The translations under genes were made by a program, and so were the position numbers. 64,000 nt of DNA from an uncultured virus (IMG/VR IMGVR_UViG_3300025071_000009) (lineage: Duplodnaviria > Heunggongvirae > Uroviricota > Caudoviricetes): the IMG/VR virus record IMGVR_UViG_3300025071_000009. One strand, given 5' to 3'. Within the stretch, counting starts at the first letter, position 1. The number at the start of each line of letters is the position of its first letter. The notes below the pieces were generated by a model. It was not told where the DNA came from. It made no database searches and worked only from the letters and a program-made list of their open reading frames with translations. This document shows positions 55,601-64,000 of the stretch, one piece after another.

Positions 55601-56852
55601 GAGCCTTACCAGATTGAGCGGGGGCATCCCAATTCGCAACACCTTCGAATAATGAAGACGTCATCATCATTGATGCAGAGCCATCTAGTGTCAGAGACGC
55701 TGCGGTTAAATGCCCATTGAATGCCGGTGCAGACTCATATGGGTTTGGCGTTCCAAGTGAAGGAAAGGAGGGGTTAAAGTTGGAAAATGTCGACTTGAGA
55801 GTGTGGCGCCTTGAATAGCAAATAGATGAAGACAGTATTTGTGCGAAGTCTAGGTTTGAAAATGCAATACTGGAAGATATTGGTGTACGACCCGAGAATG
55901 AGTATTCGCCCCTGAATACATGAGAATAGGAATTTTGAAGTATACCCTCTCCGCCGGCACTATCTTGCTTGATGTGACCACCGATACGGTGGTAGACAAT
56001 TGTTGACCCATCTCCAGTTGGAACTGTTCGTGTGGTAAAGTCCACTGCTGCATCTAATGGCCACATGGATTGCGATGGTATTATCTCTCCAAACCCATTA
56101 TCCACATTTAGTTGTGATCGGTCATCTCTCGCACTTCTCCAAAATGTGTTAACATAGAAGGTTCTAGATCTTGTCCTATTGAGGTATGCGAATTGCTGCT
56201 TTGGCCAAATCGTTTGGCGGTACGTCAAAAGAGAGAACGAGTCAAGCAATGACCCTTCGTCATCGAGGCCTCCGTCTAAATACATGTCCTTCAAGGTTTC
56301 ATAATTCTCATCAGTTTGCAATATTGTATTAAAGTATTCATTGGCTTGTTGGTTTGCAAAAAATGCTGTCTCATTATTGAATGCTGTTTTGATTTCAACT
56401 GGTTTCTTTTCAAATATTCCCAACTCTTCATTGTAGATCGCAACTTCACCTATAAGTGAAATCGGTAAGTTACTCGAAATTGTCGGTTCCTTTAAACTGA
56501 TGATGTTTCCATATTTTGCCTGCTTTGTACCCAACAAGGCACCCGGCTCTTGTACATATGTAAATGTGTTTTTCGCATTCAGGGCTCGAGTCAAGTGGTT
56601 CTGAGATGTTCTCATCTGTTTCCACATTGGATACCCATATGGTCCATTTCTGTGGAGGTTTAGTAACACTAGCGTCTTCGAGACGGGAGCCTTCGTAAGA
56701 GGCCCAACATTCCCAATGCCCACATTATCTGTATAGAAAAATGCACCTTCTGGATCATATCCAAGAGTATTTCCCCCTATAGCGCCGGAATCGTTGAGGG
56801 TTGGCTCATAAATACAAATATTTATTCCAACGAAATCTTTAAAATTAGACAT
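52608..56852 (-). CDS. Very large structural protein (baseplate region), 1414 aa
   Basis: Long ORF in the structural block, preceded by ACTATTTA at 56871-56878. Confidence 0.65.
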   Translation of the reverse strand: MSNFKDFVGINICIYEPTLNDSGAIGGNTLGYDPEGAFFYTDNVGIGNVGPLTKAPVSKTLVLLNLHRNGPYGYPMWKQMRTSQNHLTRALNAKNTFTYVQEPGALLGTKQAKYGNIISLKEPTISSNLPISLIGEVAIYNEELGIFEKKPVEIKTAFNNETAFFANQQANEYFNTILQTDENYETLKDMYLDGGLDDEGSLLDSFSLLTYRQTIWPKQQFAYLNRTRSRTFYVNTFWRSARDDRSQLNVDNGFGEIIPSQSMWPLDAAVDFTTRTVPTGDGSTIVYHRIGGHIKQDSAGGEGILQNSYSHVFRGEYSFSGRTPISSSIAFSNLDFAQILSSSICYSRRHTLKSTFSNFNPSFPSLGTPNPYESAPAFNGHLTAASLTLDGSASMMMTSSLFEGVANWDAPAQSGKAPFYDSYLDFAQEVKNSGKGYSIIPEFKISNHVAAFEKNGVTQELKSIFELSGGLSENTTTENKSDFYKVLSNSDFLKHFDLIKKDHKGFADEKILTLKCKAIKKFLPYEGFFPAERTVEMAKQFASSYKDYIRAVQVGEESNPLTGGMSIMPILEPLFAPGILFNTIKSGVAVDFPIFTPEDFPFVASSSNNNNNGQWDAAGQDPKMVESGPFQNYYWLGSDRAGTLLDLNSAYSKRIPFEALADPESYIANLEMILQEPHPFGLPYTGSMPHPLELKSKWTGGGDTLYGKMANNILAEIPEFFISNQNMKTITSLEDQDPNFGNAVSGNYYTMRIKMKRSRVADNVSIGGFYGTLVDPPQDIVTYQDRNLVPATGKNVDILASTNIKARFSTKESLTMYSRPTAFGPPTYGGNGWGEYRGIEFRECGSWWGLNYPYTPPYYHGESWCDLIFEATETRKYTLDEIMISASNFPYYTRHWWNGTGDAVRDLTGYSGSATGATSPVYTGSYSKYANGPWHNLIKENGGDIEMYTPVYQNGQYNYAGWGSDLGTNSFANGTKNNPAVPTLRWLRPPNTTEALETKYLIQHPYYVNENAMQLNSSVNLFGKGTVREVFNKETGQTSEVASADTIRGKTRWIIQSKFETPILNFKKYEDMDGEGVKKPLYAAESVPRGMWHQYGEIPADPKIGVFLQVGEIPRTWLKGALGIKSTQRNIASLADLVGFSKEPVRLGEIASQKEISECVVAVPFVGQSATRKFFSIPRADIDSCIDASRREIGGQFPAGGPPKAGDTVYQMVKKMQKYVFPPSMDFVRYEEIDPFAMYIFEFKHTLSKQDLADIWQNLSPEIGTKMEESEVSISHELLSAELLGDGAVVKNNTLDENAEGKGIPSNIQWMIFKVKKRAKTNYFDKVVAKKGTTDDTSGVELVGVTNAVTGKKDKDITYNWPYDFFSLVELVKIDAEISFANIENDDKGQKSIKKVESKKARKPSSINKARGKG

Positions 56853-56878
56853 TGCAGTTCCTTTTTAGACTAAATAGT

Positions 56879-59800
56879 TTATGTATTAAACTTTGCCTTT
56901 AGAAGTGTTACTACGATGGTTTTAACATTTCCATCGCAATCTTCAACATAGAAGGTGATGACGATTGATCCAGGGTTGTCTTCGCTATTATCCTTAACTA
57001 TATTGCTTGGTGGGTCTTGTTCCGAGGTTTGCCAACCGGTGTCTATAGTAACACCAGTGGATGGTACTGATACAATTCGATATTTCAAAGTGTCGTCCTC
57101 GCAACAACCAAGGTCTGTGATTTGGACATCCATATTCACTATATCATTTTCGTAGATTTGTCCATTTCCTGTAGTTCCGCTATCGGAGGAGCTAACAGTC
57201 AATGTTGTATCAGTTGTGATAGTGTTAGTTGCCCCGTCGAGTAAATCATACACTATTTTGAAGGCTAGTTCATCAAAACAACAAGAGATGTCCGAAATGG
57301 ACGGAAAGATAATTGCCTCAGTAAAGCCTACAGAGGAACTCATCATACCGTTCTTTGGTGCATAAGTTAAAACCTTTTGATCCGCTTCCCAGTTAGATCC
57401 ACTGATTGCTGCATTGATCCAAGAATATTGGAAGTCAGAAGCAGGAATCGGAGTGTTGAAGTGCATGTTGTCATACCTCACCGGCGTTGCATCAAGCCCA
57501 AGTGAGAAAAAATTCACTGGGTTTGAGGGGATAGTTGGTTGAAATGCAAACTTGATAGCTCCATTTGGAAAGGTAATTTCGGTGTTTCCAGATGCTCCGA
57601 CAGTGTTTTGGGTTATGAGAACATTATCACCATCTTCAGTCGCTGTGAAGCTAGGGGGATTCATTTTATTGATTTTGATTATAAGTTGATCTCGCATGGC
57701 TGCACGAGTATTGGTAATGGTCACTAGACCAAAATCAGTTTGAGTCCCAGCGGTGTATTGACTACTGTTTATGGAAATATTTAAGCCGGCAGTAATCCTA
57801 AATGTCGTAGTCACTCCATTTGCATCTGTCAATGTAAACCTATGATTGTCACTAGAACCAATCCCTGTTGGTGAAGTAAGATCTGACTCCTTTACTGTAA
57901 CAATAAGGATTGAAGCAGGGATTGCAAGTTTAGCAAAGTCAGTTCGGTTTTCAACTTTAGAACCGTTCCTATGTTGCTTATGGAATGAAGCCTCTGCTAC
58001 ATAATCTTCTGATCTGATTACTCCATGTTTGGAATCAATACCAAATTGACCTTGATGTCTTGCTCTTAAGATCCTCAAGCCTTCTCGACGGTTTGAGAAT
58101 GAATTCACTCTGATTGTATCAACTTCACCAGAACTATCTCCAACCACAGTCAGATTGCGGAAATTTATTGAGTTGTATGCAGAGAATTGTTGTGTTGCAA
58201 CGTCAAGATATGCAGGAGAGTTAACTTCGGGACCACCGGGTGCAGAGAATTGAGTTCTTATTACGTGGGCAGATCCTGTGGATCTATCTTGTGTTGGTTG
58301 GTCGTTGACTCCGAAAGATCCACCTTGGAATGTGTTAGTACCAGAGAAGGTGAAGGCAATAGCACCATCTAGAAAAGTAATTTCTGTATTTCCAGCGGTA
58401 CCAACAATATTTTGAGTCACAAGAACATCATCACCAGCAGCTGTGGCTGTAAAGCTAGGTGGATCCATTGCATTAATTTTAGTTATAAGTTCATCTCGCA
58501 TAGCTGCGCGAGTATTCGCAGCGATACCTAGTAGATCAAAATCAGTTTCCACACCTGGTGAATAGGCGAGGTGATTATCTGCAACATCTCCGCCATTTAT
58601 AATCTTGAATGTTGTTGTTACACCATTTGCATCTGTAAGTGTCCATCTTCGGCTACTGCCGCCTGAGGTGAGAACGGATTCTTTCACTGTGGTGATCGTC
58701 ATGGTTGCGAAAGTTCCGGAAGTGAACCTGTTACTTACCACGCCACCCGGTTCGTTTACAGCAATGTTACCTTGTGCACTGGCTTTCTGAGCCATCATTG
58801 TTGCATAGTTTGTAGTCTCAGGCAATGTGTTCGCAATAGATGTTGGCAAAAGATTACCAGCTCTTTTTAAGAAATACCCTTGATCTCCAAATGTTGAGAA
58901 CACTTCGTACTCATGTTGGTAGTTTCCGTGAGATACAGAAGATGTGGTTGTTTGAATATTCTTGATATTCAATGGGCGCTTTGCTCGTTCCTCTCGATAA
59001 AAGATTGAATATAATCGGTCGCTATCAGGCCATGTTCCAGTGGACGACAATCCATAGTCAGGTGCTGTGAATCCTAATGCTCCATCTTGGTCTCCTTCGA
59101 TATGCCCATGCGATCCGGAGTTGAGAATAGGATTTCTTCCAATCAAGAGTCGATACTCTTCTGGTCTTGAAAATTCAGAATCCAAATTGTTGGGCACGGC
59201 ACTGGTGAATGTTCTAGGTTTACCGACACTATTCAAGGCAGTATGTCTAGACTGTCTACCCCCAACCCAATTGCTAGTGAACGGGCCCTGTATTGGTATT
59301 TCATTTGTAACGTCTGTTGTATCAGAATGTAGATTCACTACATTTACGCCAACACGAAAACCTGAACCTGAGGTTGCGATATTAACTAAGGAATTATATC
59401 CACCACTCACACTACTAGAGACGATATTTCCAATAAACATATCTGATACTTTTCTTCTACTATAGTAATCTAAATCGGGACTTAGGGGAGAATAGCTTGA
59501 GCCCACAAAGTCAGTAAACTTACCAATAAGGCCAAATCCGTCATATTTAATTTTTTCATTAGGACCTCGAGTGTCGTTGTTCATGTTTTTCTCGAGGACA
59601 TTTAGTCCATCGCCTAACCCAGCGCCAAATGTTATAACGTTCTTTGGTGCACCTGAGGGGCCGATTGGGGAATGGAGTTCAATTCCGGACTTAAACAAAT
59701 CACGATCCTTAGACTCCTCATAATTAATTCCGCCATGGATAGAGGGACTGAAGTCTGTTTCGATAGAATATGGTCTTGAGAATCTTCGGGTTGCATATGC

Positions 59801-62800
59801 ACTCCCAGAGTAAATTCCAGTTGAGGTTGATCCAGAAAGCGTTATTGGATTTGTGAACTCTTGGTCTGTTTGTCGAATAATAACTTCGCGGATGATTTCA
59901 GCATCCGTTGTTGCTCTTTCTCTACGCTCACTTTGCCACAAAGAGTTTGAGTCTTGGTCTTCCGTTGGAAGAGGAGCGTGTCCGATTCTCCAATTGTAGT
60001 TCAACTCTTGCACTCCACGAGTGGATGCTTCGGTGGATGTAACAGTTGTTAATAAACCAATTTGCCGTTGATATTTGTCTCTTTCGAGAAGATGTGGTTC
60101 GATGATATCGGTTACTCCACCAGCAAAGTTAACAGAAGCCGGAATGAGTTGATTTATCATTTCAGAAATGGACTGGTCTATCCACTTGAAGTATGTGAAG
60201 AACTTGTCAAAGTCTAATCCAGTGTCTACTCTCTGATAAAACAGTTGCCTTGCTCTGTTCATGTCTTTGTATTCTATTCTATATCTATCAACATGACGCC
60301 CAAATAGATTAGAAAACTCTTGAGTTGTTGAGAACAACTTAAGCATCTCCTCCGAGACGGTTGCAGCGGGTGACTTTTCTAGAACAAATAAGTTGTCGCT
60401 CACATCTTCGTCTTCTCCGAAGAAGATTTGTCTATCGCCTTTGATGAAGATGTTATTAGAATTGAATGAGGTCTCCGGTAACTCCTTCTTGGTCGCATAG
60501 AGAAATTCATTTTCCAAAAATGCAGTTGAAGTTGTTGGGAAGTTATCTCCTTTACCATCGTACTCTCGGCGGATGATGTTGTCAACCCACCCATAGATTG
60601 TGTCGGAAGAGCCAGAAGTGGTATCTTCGATGACGAATTCTCCAGAAGAGTCGGAAGTCGTAACGGTATCAAAGTCCCAATTTAAAATGGATAAGTCCAT
60701 TGTTGGGATTTGGGTGTCGGTAATTGCGAAGGCATTTGAGCCATCTATGGATTTAAAGTTACCATAGTTTAAGACATCTTTGTTGTGTTCTTGAATAGAG
60801 CTGTTCGGTAAGTAGTCAAGCCATGCGGAGACTCTACCGAACTCCAAATCAGTCTTGTGAAGCACTGAGCCTGTGAAGTTTTCATAATGTGATGCTGCAT
60901 AGATCCTCTTTGGTGCTTGAAGATAGGCAGATCCCGTGGCATTATCTACAGTTGTTGTGACCAATACTTCTTCCTTAAGTTCGTCGAAGTTGTGAGATAC
61001 TGCATATAGTTCAATGTCGTAATCTGGTGTTATGTTTGTGACGTTACCGGCATACGGATAGGTTTGAGGCTTAATTCTTAAAGCGACGTTGAAGTGTTCT
61101 TCGTCGTAAACATCGTAGATATAGTCTGACTCTTGATAGATTGTCTCGGTTTGATTCTTTATAACGAACTTCGCATGCTTTGATTCGCTTGAGTCTCGAA
61201 CAAGATATACTTGGAGATCCCGAGCTTCTGCGAATGTGGATGTACCGCCGCTGAAGTTTGCAGACGACATTGTTGTTACAGGTGCAGAAAATGTTATTAC
61301 TGTGTTTCCTGTTTGGCCGCTGGTTGCTTGAGTGAGTGATAATACTTGATAAGTATACGATGCTGTTATTTTTCCGGTGTGAACACTGGAAAGATTTATT
61401 GTGTCCTTAAAATTTGGCCCCGTATCATACAGACCGCTACCAATGGCGACGGCTGTATTTCCATTCGGCAAGATGCTCCCATTTGATAATGTTTGAGAAA
61501 ATTCATAAGTAACAGAAGTATTGTCTGTTGATATTATCGTGACTGTCTGTCCATCGTAGTTTGCAATTGACCAACCTTCAGCGCCGGAAGTTGCAAGCAT
61601 TGCAATTGTTGCTGTTGCTGCGGCTGTACCCGCCTCTGTTGCCCACCATGTATAGTCTGCTGGAAAGTTAGGGGAAGCCTCGTGAAAGCCCATAACGGAT
61701 GCAGATAGGAATGGCGTTGCGAAGAATCCATTCTCTCCGATTTCTTTCTTGTTGGGCACTACTATATCAGCTTCCATCGTAAACGCAGCTACAGAGGCAT
61801 TGTTGGAGCCGGAAATGAATGTTCTAGAGCCGCTTTGATACATTGTCCCAGAAAACAGGTCTACACTATTAAGGTTGATGTATTTCTTCTTTACAGATGT
61901 TGTTCTATATTTGTCTCCGAGATATTGTGTTCCATTGTCTGTATACTGGTTTAGTTTGATTAGTTCATCATCAATACCGAAGCATCGGATGAGGTTTCTA
62001 ATTGACTTTTCAGTTCCCTTTGAGTTGTAGATGTTCTCGAGGTTGTTGTAAATGTTTGTGAAGATGAGATTCTTAATTTCATCAATATTGAGGTCGAATT
62101 GTCTAGCATCATAATCAACGTCTGAGAATGCCTCGAATACTTCCGATGAAAGAAACATTTCACTCGTTGTGAATCCTTTGCCTTTCAAGAGCTCCTCGGA
62201 GAATGGAGATGCTTTATAACTAGATGATAGATATTGCTTATCTTGCAAGCTGTTAAGTGAATCGATTTGGACCTTTAAGGTGTCCATATAGCTTGACATA
62301 ATGTGAGAGATTTTTCTTAAGTTCTGGTCGCCAATGGCTTGGTCGTCTTCAACGAGCCAATTTGGAAGGGAGCGATAGAATGCTTGACCTCTTCCAGAGT
62401 CATAGTCAGATCCACTAAGCGTCATCTCTGCCTCTAGAGAGACAACACTAGGGTGTGTTGAATAAACGATTGGAGTAGGCTTCTCTGTGTAACCAGCTAG
62501 CGTAAGAGCTGAGTCTGTTGATCTTGCACTCGTAGTGCTTGAGTAGCCAATCCAAGTTCCGTTTGCCAAGCGGCCTGAATAATCTAAAACATTAGAGTCA
62601 ATTGAGGTTGTTCCTGTAATTCCTTCATTGAACTTGAGATATACTCCCAAATCCGATGTGGCGTCGTCAGTGTTTGCTCCTCCACCAATGGTGCGGAACC
62701 AGTTGAGCTTGATTTGTCTCGAAGTTCTTCGAGTTTTCCAGAAGCGAAACTCATCAAGAGAGGCAGATAATTTACCGCCGTTAGTTGCACCTTGTCCTGA

Positions 62801-63697
62801 AGAAAATTCTGTTTGTAGTGCGCCGATAAAACCGTCCACTCTCCCAGTAAATGAATTGAAAAAAGTTCCCAATTCAGTTGTTCCAATCTCTTCTCCGTTT
62901 TTATACGTACGAATAACAGTTTTGGTTGAAGTATTTTGAACTGAGAAAGCATAGTGATTAAACGATGTTAAATCTGTGAAAGGAATAGATACGTTAGAAT
63001 CTAAGTTACCAGCCTCTTTGATGGTGAAAATAATGGTTGGATCTGGTGAAGTGTTCCCAGTTATCGAAACAACTATCCTACACTCACTAGTCCCAGTCAA
63101 TCCGTTCCAGAGGTCCAAAATCACTTCGACTGGTTGATTTACTGTGTCGAAAGATGTCTTTTTAAGCCAAAACTCTATCGTTGCTCCATTATCGAAGTCA
63201 CAATTGAAATTTTGAGTTCTATTTTTTGCTGCGTCATACTTGGCGGAGTGCTCAAAGTGCTCATCTAAATTAGTAGCAGTGGAATCAATGTGAAGTCCAC
63301 CATGAACCTCAATGTATTCCGACACAGTGGTGTTAGCAAAATTACCAGTCTTTCCACTAATGTTTGCAGAAGTTCCGAGTACTACATGCCCAGTTGTTTT
63401 TGGATATTTGTTGTCGAAGAGCCAGCGCTCCAAGTATGATGACCGCTCTTCAAAGTCAATCTGTTCTGCTTTTGATCCGTCATAAGGGTAGTCTTCATAG
63501 ATTCTCTTGATGGCTGCTTCATAGTAAAGCTCGGCAGAGCCATAGAATACAAAATTCTTAGGGTCAGCAAAATCGATTGGTGGTAAGTAAGTATCTCTTT
63601 TAGCGACAACTTCGTCGATAAAGTCAGTTGATTCTACATCTACTGCTACATCATTGTAGCTTGTTACGGTTTTTCCGAAAAGATTCTTAATACTCAT
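56879..63697 (-). CDS. Giant baseplate wedge-like protein with LamG-like domains, 2272 aa
   Basis: KGTEKSIRNLIRCFGI (gp7/P2-gpI-type wedge motif), LamG motifs TIEFWLK, NHYAFS, LDEFRFW, and three copies of an inserted beta domain. Confidence 0.7.
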   Translation of the reverse strand: MSIKNLFGKTVTSYNDVAVDVESTDFIDEVVAKRDTYLPPIDFADPKNFVFYGSAELYYEAAIKRIYEDYPYDGSKAEQIDFEERSSYLERWLFDNKYPKTTGHVVLGTSANISGKTGNFANTTVSEYIEVHGGLHIDSTATNLDEHFEHSAKYDAAKNRTQNFNCDFDNGATIEFWLKKTSFDTVNQPVEVILDLWNGLTGTSECRIVVSITGNTSPDPTIIFTIKEAGNLDSNVSIPFTDLTSFNHYAFSVQNTSTKTVIRTYKNGEEIGTTELGTFFNSFTGRVDGFIGALQTEFSSGQGATNGGKLSASLDEFRFWKTRRTSRQIKLNWFRTIGGGANTDDATSDLGVYLKFNEGITGTTSIDSNVLDYSGRLANGTWIGYSSTTSARSTDSALTLAGYTEKPTPIVYSTHPSVVSLEAEMTLSGSDYDSGRGQAFYRSLPNWLVEDDQAIGDQNLRKISHIMSSYMDTLKVQIDSLNSLQDKQYLSSSYKASPFSEELLKGKGFTTSEMFLSSEVFEAFSDVDYDARQFDLNIDEIKNLIFTNIYNNLENIYNSKGTEKSIRNLIRCFGIDDELIKLNQYTDNGTQYLGDKYRTTSVKKKYINLNSVDLFSGTMYQSGSRTFISGSNNASVAAFTMEADIVVPNKKEIGENGFFATPFLSASVMGFHEASPNFPADYTWWATEAGTAAATATIAMLATSGAEGWSIANYDGQTVTIISTDNTSVTYEFSQTLSNGSILPNGNTAVAIGSGLYDTGPNFKDTINLSSVHTGKITASYTYQVLSLTQATSGQTGNTVITFSAPVTTMSSANFSGGTSTFAEARDLQVYLVRDSSESKHAKFVIKNQTETIYQESDYIYDVYDEEHFNVALRIKPQTYPYAGNVTNITPDYDIELYAVSHNFDELKEEVLVTTTVDNATGSAYLQAPKRIYAASHYENFTGSVLHKTDLEFGRVSAWLDYLPNSSIQEHNKDVLNYGNFKSIDGSNAFAITDTQIPTMDLSILNWDFDTVTTSDSSGEFVIEDTTSGSSDTIYGWVDNIIRREYDGKGDNFPTTSTAFLENEFLYATKKELPETSFNSNNIFIKGDRQIFFGEDEDVSDNLFVLEKSPAATVSEEMLKLFSTTQEFSNLFGRHVDRYRIEYKDMNRARQLFYQRVDTGLDFDKFFTYFKWIDQSISEMINQLIPASVNFAGGVTDIIEPHLLERDKYQRQIGLLTTVTSTEASTRGVQELNYNWRIGHAPLPTEDQDSNSLWQSERRERATTDAEIIREVIIRQTDQEFTNPITLSGSTSTGIYSGSAYATRRFSRPYSIETDFSPSIHGGINYEESKDRDLFKSGIELHSPIGPSGAPKNVITFGAGLGDGLNVLEKNMNNDTRGPNEKIKYDGFGLIGKFTDFVGSSYSPLSPDLDYYSRRKVSDMFIGNIVSSSVSGGYNSLVNIATSGSGFRVGVNVVNLHSDTTDVTNEIPIQGPFTSNWVGGRQSRHTALNSVGKPRTFTSAVPNNLDSEFSRPEEYRLLIGRNPILNSGSHGHIEGDQDGALGFTAPDYGLSSTGTWPDSDRLYSIFYREERAKRPLNIKNIQTTTSSVSHGNYQHEYEVFSTFGDQGYFLKRAGNLLPTSIANTLPETTNYATMMAQKASAQGNIAVNEPGGVVSNRFTSGTFATMTITTVKESVLTSGGSSRRWTLTDANGVTTTFKIINGGDVADNHLAYSPGVETDFDLLGIAANTRAAMRDELITKINAMDPPSFTATAAGDDVLVTQNIVGTAGNTEITFLDGAIAFTFSGTNTFQGGSFGVNDQPTQDRSTGSAHVIRTQFSAPGGPEVNSPAYLDVATQQFSAYNSINFRNLTVVGDSSGEVDTIRVNSFSNRREGLRILRARHQGQFGIDSKHGVIRSEDYVAEASFHKQHRNGSKVENRTDFAKLAIPASILIVTVKESDLTSPTGIGSSDNHRFTLTDANGVTTTFRITAGLNISINSSQYTAGTQTDFGLVTITNTRAAMRDQLIIKINKMNPPSFTATEDGDNVLITQNTVGASGNTEITFPNGAIKFAFQPTIPSNPVNFFSLGLDATPVRYDNMHFNTPIPASDFQYSWINAAISGSNWEADQKVLTYAPKNGMMSSSVGFTEAIIFPSISDISCCFDELAFKIVYDLLDGATNTITTDTTLTVSSSDSGTTGNGQIYENDIVNMDVQITDLGCCEDDTLKYRIVSVPSTGVTIDTGWQTSEQDPPSNIVKDNSEDNPGSIVITFYVEDCDGNVKTIVVTLLKAKFNT

Positions 63698-64000
63698 TGT
63701 TCACCACTCTAAACTTGTGCTTGAAAGAAAGTTGTTCATACGACTTGGTCGCGACGTTATACAGGGATAGTTCAACTTGATAGGTGTAGTTGGGTTCCAA
63801 CATTCCTATGTCCAAATCAAAATAGTTCCCTCGAGAATCGTATGATAGCAAAGTCGAGTTGTTTGTTGTGTCGTAGTCAAAGATTGTTTCATCTGTGGCA
63901 ACTTTAATAATTTTATAATAAAGGCTCTCGAACACTTCAGTTTGAGGTACGGTTGTTGCTGTAGTATAAATGTTTGGGCTCCAATTCTTCTGCCTAATGT
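63687..64000 (-). CDS. Structural protein, 3' part only (starts beyond window end)
   Basis: Frame open to the window edge (IRQKNWSPNIYTTAT...LSYDSRGNYFDLDIGMLEPNYTY). Confidence 0.7.
   Translation of the reverse strand, partial: IRQKNWSPNIYTTATTVPQTEVFESLYYKIIKVATDETIFDYDTTNNSTLLSYDSRGNYFDLDIGMLEPNYTYQVELSLYNVATKSYEQLSFKHKFRVVNNEY

Noticed and set aside
18..62939. The many plus-strand ORFs in the track (e.g. 18..449, 12557..13240, 15931..19395 series)
   Set aside because: They are antisense shadows of long minus-strand genes, Ser/Ala-rich from codon bias, with no recognisable motifs.
1..64000. Alternative genetic code (TAG/TGA recoding)
   Set aside because: Core genes are full length under code 11, and TGA and TAG act as stops at coupled gene junctions.

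Overview
This window is the virion-morphogenesis core of a large T4-like myovirus (uncultured-type, standard genetic code). Essentially every real gene is on the minus strand, and most have strong Shine-Dalgarno sites. In transcription order (high to low coordinates) it holds giant baseplate proteins, then a block of RuvC, HxGH transferase, primase, nucleotidyltransferase, tRNA-Ala and fused SbcCD genes under sigma70-type promoters. A holin/spanin-like trio, terminase, portal, prohead protease, ribosomal protein bS21, fibre/decoration proteins, scaffold, major capsid, neck, sheath, two tail tubes, a gp26/gp51-like pair and the tape measure follow. Five points stand out. (1) Five otherwise unrelated small ORFs share a 22-aa N-terminal leader (MKLxKExLKxIIKEE...hydrophobic-x-E22) ending in a prohead-protease-type cleavage motif. 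They sit as cassettes at gene junctions, which suggests a modular capsid-cargo targeting system. (2) An unannotated 19-aa Cys-Cys leader peptide with mutually exclusive hairpins and a U-tract lies upstream of, and in frame with, the prohead protease. (3) There is a probable +1/-2 frameshift between the gp26-like and gp51-like genes. (4) An unannotated Smr-domain ORF appears to have lost its start codon to one of the cassettes. (5) Two promoter classes are visible: sigma70-like promoters and an ACTATTTA late motif. All product calls come from motif recognition by eye; no database search was run.
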